This document shows, one piece after another, positions 50,559 through 64,000 of a DNA stretch of 64,000 nucleotides; position 1 is the first letter of the stretch; the number at the start of each line of letters is the position of its first letter. The translations under genes and the position numbers were made by a program. Origin of the DNA: the human T2T-CHM13v2.0 reference genome, Homo sapiens; NCBI RefSeq assembly GCF_009914755.1, contig NC_060930.1. The stretch is one strand, 5' to 3'. The notes under the pieces are model-generated. The model saw nothing but the letters and a program-made list of their open reading frames with translations, searched no databases and was not told where the DNA came from.

Positions 50559-50744
50559 TTACTTGTATGGAACCTGTGCAAAAAATATTTAATTTCGTTT
50601 TGTATTAAACCCTTCATTGGGAATCCCTTCCCAATTTTAGTCTCCCACCTATCCCCGGACGACTACATTGAAATCTCTCTTATTTGTGTTTAAATCACAA
50701 CAAAATCTACAAACCTATATTCGCCTGCAGCTATTTACTTTTAA

Positions 50745-51765
<1,021 letters not shown>

Positions 51766-51862
51766 GGAATGACCTCAAAAGAAAACTCAATATAAATATG
51801 AATCAGAATAATTTCAGTTCCTTAAGTTTTCAAGTTTTTGCTCAGTTTTCCTTGACACTCAT

Positions 51863-52205
51863 TGAAAGGGTTACGCTTTGTGTCTCCATCTAAATCTTGA
51901 ATTGTAATCCCCAGATGTTTAGGAAGAGACCTGGTCGGAGTGACTGGATAATGGCGGCAGTTTCTCCCATGCTGTTCTCGTGATAGTGAGTGAGTTCTTG
52001 AAAGACATAGAGTTTTCTGTTTGGCAAGTTCCTCCTTTGCTCACTTTTTCTTCCTTGCACCATGTGAGAAAGTCCAAGCTTGCTTCCCCTTCACCTTCCG
52101 CCATGATTGTAAGTTTCCTCAGGCTTTGGGTCAATTACTCTTCCCTTTAATAAATTACCCAGTCTTGGGTATTTCTTTATAGCAGTGTGAAAACAAACTG
52201 AAACA
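51863..52205 (+). mobile_element. THE1/MST MaLR solo LTR
   Basis: catgctgttctcgtgatagtgagtgagttct; ccgccatgattgtaagtttcct; taaattacccagtcttgggtatttctttatagcagtgtga. Confidence 0.88.
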
Positions 52206-52758
52206 TTCATTATTATTTTTGAGTACTTAAAAATAATCATGTTTACTAGGAAATCTCTAGATAGCAATAATGTTTTTGTAATCAGTGACGTGATGGAATG
52301 CTTTGTGATTCCTTTGAAATTTAGAAAAAACTAAAACCCATTTTTGTTCAAGTAGGCAGCTGAAACCACTTCTTGTGTCTTATAATTCATATTTCATTCT
52401 CTAACATGGATATTAAGAATATAGACATGTGTTAAGGAATGTGTTTTCTCTTTGGAAGTGTGAAGTGGGGAGAAAACAATCTGCAACCCAGTGGTAGACA
52501 TCAATTTGCCTCAGATTTCTTTGGAATCAGAAAAGGTAAATTGAATAAAAGCATGCATTATGTAAGTAAGTACAAAGTTGTCTATGTATATACGCACATA
52601 ATAGCAAATAATATGAGACCTAGAAGTATTGCTGGAAATAATGATTTTAGAATAAATTCTTTTACATTATTTTTGAAAAGTAGTTTTATAAGCTAAATTT
52701 TCCTTCAACATTTTGCTTCCTAAAATTGTAGTTATTATTTTAAAAATATAGTCTTTGT

Positions 52759-53037
52759 ACTTTGGGAGGCCAAGGCAGGTGGATCACGAGGTCAAGAGAT
52801 TGAGATCATACTGGCTAACACGGTGAAACCCCGTCTCTACTAAAAATACAAAAAAATTAGCTGGGCATGGTGACGCACGCCTGTATTACCAGCTACTCAG
52901 GAGGCTGAGGCAGGAGAATTGCTTGAACCCACGAGGCGGAGGTTGCAGTGAGCCAAGATCGCATCACTGCACTCCAGCCTCGGTGACAGAGCCAGACTCC
53001 GTCTCAAAAAAAAAAAAAAAAAGAAAAAAAGAAAAAA
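52759..53037 (+). mobile_element. 5'-truncated Alu (AluSc/Y-like)
   Basis: Begins at actttgggagg; poly(A); TSD atagtctttgta at 52748-52759 and 53047-53058. Confidence 0.9.
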
Positions 53038-54447
53038 ATTACATACATAGTCTTTGTAATAGCTAACAGATATTAAGATAAATTAATTATACCAATGAAC
53101 ACAACAAGATTACTTCAGCAGCACAGAAGAATGATGACTTACTAGAAAAATGTCTGTTTCATTTCATATGCAGGGATTATTTTCCAGGGTCAGAAAACCA
53201 TGTAAGCAAAATGTTTACAAAGGTCTTTTCAATATCATTGTCTCTTCTGTACTCTCTCCCCTTCAAACCTAACAAATGAAACATGCAACATAAATATAGT
53301 TCTAGGAAATATACATATGTCTAATTTTTGTTTTAACTTTGTAAAAGTAATGGCCAGAAGATCAAATCCTGATAACCAAGTTAATGATGTATCGTAGTAC
53401 AGGTAATGTCGTTCTAAGAACATGCTGCATGCAGAAGTGTGACTCATGAACCAAGCACTTGACTTTGATCTTTAATCAACCTCTGCCATGCTGCAAGGCC
53501 GTAGGTCCACTGCCAACTCCTCCATATCTCAGTTACATCACCTCGTTTTTGTAATAATAAATTCCTTGGATATTTCTATATATCGTGGTAAATTTCAAGT
53601 GGAATGGCTGTTCTGAAAGCAATTTAAAAATTTAAGGCACTCCACAGATACTCAATCATGTTTGTAGAGTCCTTTGTTTTCTTATGCAGTAGGAACTAAT
53701 AGATAATATTATTCAACCCCAGGGTGTCTTTATAGATTTTGTTCCCTCAGTTCTTAGATACAAAGAAATACTTGAAATAATGTTCACCTCAAATTAATAA
53801 TAGTTATCCCTGGATAGTGGAATTGTAGATTTCTTTTTGTTCTTTCCTTCGTATTTACTGTACAGTTAGTATTTTTCATGAAGCATAAATTACTTTCACA
53901 TATAATTACTTTTTTCTGACATTAAACTTGAGCACAATTAAAATACAAAGAAAAAAATACATATTGTAGTATCTATGAGAAATTTTAATCACTATAAAAT
54001 ACTTCTCTATATCAAAAAGTTGAATGTCCCAATGGACAATTCACGTGAAGGATATATGAATGATCATAATAAATATAAAATGTTGCTTTTCTATAATCAA
54101 ATAAATGCAAACATGTAAAATTAGGTTTGTCATTGTAAAACTGTTGAAATCCAAAGTCAAAATGAAGATCTCAGGTTGGGGGCAGTGCACATTAACTGCA
54201 AATTAGTAACAACAGTAGGAGTGACAGCTGGCTTTTCAACATAAACAATGAAAGCCATAAATTAACAAGCTGATTCTAAAACTCACGGAAATGCAAAGAA
54301 GCAACAATTATAAAGGCAATTTTGAACATGGAGAAAAAAAACTGGAAGATTTATGCTCCCAGGTATTAAGACCAATTTTAAAGATCCATTAGTTAAGACA
54401 ATGTGATACTCGTGCAAGGAGAGCAAAATAGGCTATTAAATAAAATT

Positions 54448-54870
54448 TATGGGATGCCATTGTTTTGGACTAAGCTCCTGCACTAGGCTCCAGCAAAACA
54501 GATCTAATCAAAATGGAGTCACTTATTCTAAGGTTCCATGTCACCAAATTAAAACAAAGTTGTTTATCTGACCTTCTGAGAAATGGAAAGTGAAATGATA
54601 TCCAAACACAGGAACAAGACAGTTTTATCTAGAGTGACGAGGAAGTCCCTTCTGCTTTAACCTTTACAAACAAAGTAACCAGAAGTAGCCTGATGTTAAC
54701 TAACCTATTTGTTTGTTTGTTTGTTTACACATTTTTCTGGTTCCCGCTCAAGCTACCTTATAAAAGCTAGCTCTTCTGCCGGATCTTTAATGGGATGATG
54801 CCTGATTCATGAATCACAATAAAAGCTAATTTAATCTTTAAACTCAATTTGTTATAATTTTATTTTTAAA
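54448..54870 (+). mobile_element. ERV1 (MER4-group) solo LTR
   Basis: ttggactaagctcctgcactaggc...aaaatggagtcac; TATA-like ttataaaag and AATAAA near the end. Confidence 0.65.
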
Positions 54871-55022
54871 AAAGTCTAATGAAAGAGATAAAACAGAAAC
54901 AGATCCATGTTTACAATAACTTAAGTTTCTTATTTTATATTTAAAATGTGAGGCTGTAATGCAGTGGGTAAAGGATGGAATACTCTATAAATTGCACTCG
55001 ATCAATTTTATTCATTATAATA

Positions 55023-55498
55023 TGTTGACTAAGACTCTCTCCTTTGACTAAAAAAAAGGACTCAGACTCCTTCAGCTTCTCTACTTGACTAGGACCATAC
55101 TCAGTCTTGCCTCTCCAACCTTTTATAATTCATTTCGAGGAAGAATCCAGCTAAATCAGTTTAGTGAAAATCCACCCTTAGTATCTGACCACTCTATATA
55201 TTATCACCTTGGCCTGCCTTAAGCAAGAATTCTGTTGAGTCAGTCTAGCAAGAATTACCCTTAAACCCGATGTTTCTTGTTAGTAAAATTTCCGTCACTT
55301 ACCCCACCCTATTCCTTTGCTATACATCCCCACTTGTTCCTGCTGGAGTCAGAGTTGAGTCCAAACTCTCCCCTTCACCGACAGACCTAATTGCCTCACT
55401 GCTATGACCCCTACAGTTATCACCATACCACCCCAAACCCTTCAATAGAGTCCTACTTACTGCCTTTACCGAGTGTAATGAATAACTTTCCTATAACA
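55023..55498 (+). mobile_element. MER31-like ERV1 solo LTR
   Basis: tg...ca termini; repeated aagaatccagctaaatcagtttag motif. Confidence 0.65.
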
Positions 55499-56000
55499 AT
55501 ACTTTTATACTTCGAAAAACCTTTCTAGCCTACCCCACACAATACATAAAAATAAATCGCATATGGATTACATCTAATGTGAACAGTATAACAATAAAAA
55601 AAATAAAAATACCTTCACTAAAAGTAAGTAAAGATTTCTTAAGAAGGACATAATAGTACTAACAACAAAGAATAAAATAAGAATAGTTGTCTAAAGTTAA
55701 GGACTTTTTTCTATTTCTTAAATGACATCAGTAAGAAAATAAAGAGCAAGCAATAAACTAGAGCAGAGTATTTTCAATATATTTATCTAACATAGGATTC
55801 ATGTCCAGGACATACACAACTTTCATATAAATCAATTTTTAAATGGCAGGCAATTCAATACAGAAATGAGGAAAAAGACTTGGATAGATGCTTCATACAA
55901 CAGAATATCCAAATAACCAATATACATATTAAAAAGAAGTTGAACTTTATTAGCTATAAGGACATCCACATTAAAACCATAATGAGATACCACTACATAC

Positions 56001-56490
56001 TGACTGGGTTTGGGACATACTACCCCCATATCTGACATAGTAGAATCTGAGAAACCAGCAGAAGCAGGAAAGTCATTCTCACCTTCCATTGCCCTTCTTC
56101 CCTGCAACAGGTTAAAAAGCCTTCATTCCAGAGATACTCTCCCTATACCTGGAAAAAAAAAATCTTAAGCCTCAAAGGCACAAATGTATCAAAAACAATC
56201 TGAAGAAACAGCACTTTCTAAGTGTGCCCCAACCCCTGGTTTATCACTATTATTAGATCATATCCCCTTTGTGCAATCACACTTCCCCTCAATTATCCAC
56301 TTTATCCAACTCAGCACAGAAGTACATAGACTTTGTCGTTTCTTAGAGTCTTCATTTCTGAAGGTTCCCCTGTCATGTAAAACTTATGTTAAGGAAATTT
56401 ATACGCTTTTCTCTTGTTTATCTATCTTTCATTATAGGTACCTCAGCCAAGAACCTTGTGATGACTGAAGAAATATTTTCTTCCCACTAT
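56001..56490 (+). mobile_element. LTR37-like ERV1 solo LTR
   Basis: gggacatactaccccc...gcagaagcaggaaagtc...ggttcccctgtcatgtaaaacttat. Confidence 0.55.
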
Positions 56491-56823
56491 GATATCCACC
56501 AGAATGTCTACAATGAAAGCAACAGACAATACTAAGTGTTGGCAAGGATGTGGAACAAGTGAAATACTCATACACTATATGTAGAGCTTGGATAAACTGT
56601 TAGGCATTGTCTAGCTTACAGGAACATACATGTGCTCTATCACCCATCAATTTTACTGTGACATGTATACTAGCAGAATTATATACACATATTTACCAAG
56701 TGGCAAATATGGGAATATTCATAGTATCAAATTTGTAATAGCAAAATTTAGAAACAACATAAATATTCATTAATAGTAAAGTAGATAGATAAATTGTATT
56801 ATTGGTATGCAGCACAATTCTTT

Positions 56824-61874
<5,051 letters not shown>

Positions 61875-64000
61875 TGCGGTGCAATTCTTTAGAGTACCCA
61901 GAATGAACACACTATTATTACATGTACGAAGGTGAATGAGTTTCATATGCATAATGTTGAATAAAAGAAGACAGACACAAAAGAGAACACAATATTTTAT
62001 TCAATTTTATATGACTTCAGATTAAAAAATAATTAAAACCAACAGAATTTGGAGTCAGAATACCCATTAATCTTGGGAGAAGTGACTGAGTGGTGGCACA
62101 AGGACGCATCTTGGAAGCCAGTAATGGTCTATTTCTTGGCCTGGATGGTGTTTACATGGGTATATACCCATGTAAAATGAATATTCACTTTGTAAAACTC
62201 ATGGAGCTATTAGCAAGTCATCTGGCATATTTCAATTTAAAAAAAAGGAAAAACATTCATGGAGTACAGTTTTCCATTTATCAGATTGATACTCTTTTTC
62301 ATGACTATATGTGTAGTTATAAATGAAACAGGAAATTCTGTAAGTCAATGGAATGGAAATTGATATCTATTTTCTGGAAATTATTGGATGATATCCACAA
62401 AAGCTTAAGAAATAGATATTATTTTATCAACTTAATTTCCAAGACTTTTTCCTATAGAAAGAATCAAAGATATGAACTTAGCACTATGTGAAAGAATATT
62501 TTCTACAATATAATTCCTATATTTAGGCATGAGAAACAACCTAATTATTTAGGGATTAAATAAATATATCATGGCATAGTTTTTGATAAAGTGTTCAGAA
62601 GCCATTTAAATTCATTCATTCAGACAGCATTTTGTGAACTCTAATCCTACAATTAAAATATTAAATGGTGAGCTAGTTACAAAGCAGCATATAAAGTGAC
62701 TCAAATTACACTTTGTATAAAAATATATTTATTATGGCAGTATTTTCTCTGAGTGAGAAATTTATTGGTGATTTTTATATTATTTTTTCTATTTTCTTAG
62801 AGTTTCCAGCTCTAAAATAAATATATGTTACCTTTATATGAATATACATCAGGCATTTTTCACCAGAAGGAATCTAATATCATTTTTAAAAATCAAACAT
62901 TCATAAAAGTATACCACTTACATACATTATTTTTAGCATTACTTCTTTTATATTAATGTAGGCCTTCATACGTTCATTCCATACTGATGTGCCATACCTC
63001 ACTAAGCTTTTTAAAAATATTATACCCAATACAAATTATTTCTAATCTATTTTGGAATTTTGTACATATTGCAGAGAATATATTCCAGATACAGTTTTTG
63101 CTGCTGTTAAATTAGTTCCTTACTAAAAATTCCCAGAATTAGAAATCCTAGCTCAAGAAGTATAAATGGAATAATCAGCAAAATTTAATTACTGAACAAT
63201 ATTTACTTAATACTTAGAAAGTGTTCAAGTATTTCCCAGGTGTTCAGAAAGTATGAAAATCTGAGTGTTGTAATAGTTCAGAGGAAAACAGTGAGGGATG
63301 AGATCAAATCTGTCCATGAGTAAGTCAAAAGTAGTTGGTGGAGGAGAATCCCATGGTGTTCAAAAGAAAGCGAAAAACAAACATTTAGTGTATGCCATCT
63401 AATTAAACCCCTCAGCACAGCCACTTTGCTCATTGCTAAATCAAGCCCTAAATAAACTATTATTCTACCTTTTTGTGTATTGTTCTACCTCTACACGTGT
63501 ATTAGATATTTGTCTTTAACTGTTACCAGATTTCATTCAATTCAACGTCCCAAATCTTGTGTAAGGAAAGCTGTTATCTTTACATTTGGGAGATACGTGC
63601 CTACCTTTTGTAGTTCCAAACTGCACTGCCTTTATTGTCATCAGGTATCAAGTTTGTATCAAACGTGCGATCTGCCAATTTCACTGCCTCACCTATATCT
63701 CTCAGCTTTAGCCCCCAGTTGAGCTCTTTCCTTTAGATTTGTCTTTCCCAGGTGTATTACCTTGTTTTCCAGGATGTGTCTAATTTGGTTATGTTCTTTT
63801 ATATCTCACACTAGCTGATCACTCAATAAGTATAATATAATTGTTTGAAATTTGCTGCTATACTTTGTTTTGGAATAGTTCCCTGAACTCTAAATACTTG
63901 AACGTGAAAATAATTAAGGTGAAGTATTGAATAACTTGATTTCTTGTACAAAATATTCAATATGGTCTATAGATTTAGGGCCACTAAAAAGGCTTCCTCT

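Larger units (their letters stand above)
54200..56810 (+). mobile_element. Old L1M ORF2 fragments interrupted by three LTRs; resumes at about 61890-62250
   Basis: Degenerate ORF2 motifs (aacaagctgattctaaaa; ataatgagataccactac; gttggcaaggatgtggaacaa). Confidence 0.65.

Overview
AT-rich primate DNA, most likely human because it carries an AluYb8. It is dominated by LINE-1 (about ten copies from L1M to young L1PA), plus Alu/FLAM, MIR, MaLR/ERV1 solo LTRs and a MER1 DNA transposon. No intact host gene is evident, and nearly all ORF-track entries are decayed L1 ORF1/ORF2 or Alu frames. The standout is a chimeric insertion at 49404-51798: a twin-primed young L1PA, bounded by one 17-bp TSD, with ~870 bp of GC-rich non-L1 DNA at its inversion junction. 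From memory, that DNA matches the HOXB13 3' end / PRAC2 ORF / MIR3185 locus. It runs through the HOXB13 poly(A) signal and retains an open PRAC2-like ORF and a miR-3185-like hairpin. Also noted: four 5'-inverted L1s, an AluYb8 sitting on an L1 inversion junction, reuse of one target site by two L1s nested in a third, a probable L1-to-L1 gene-conversion tract, and a local inverted duplication. Subfamily and gene identities come from recalled sequences, not database searches.
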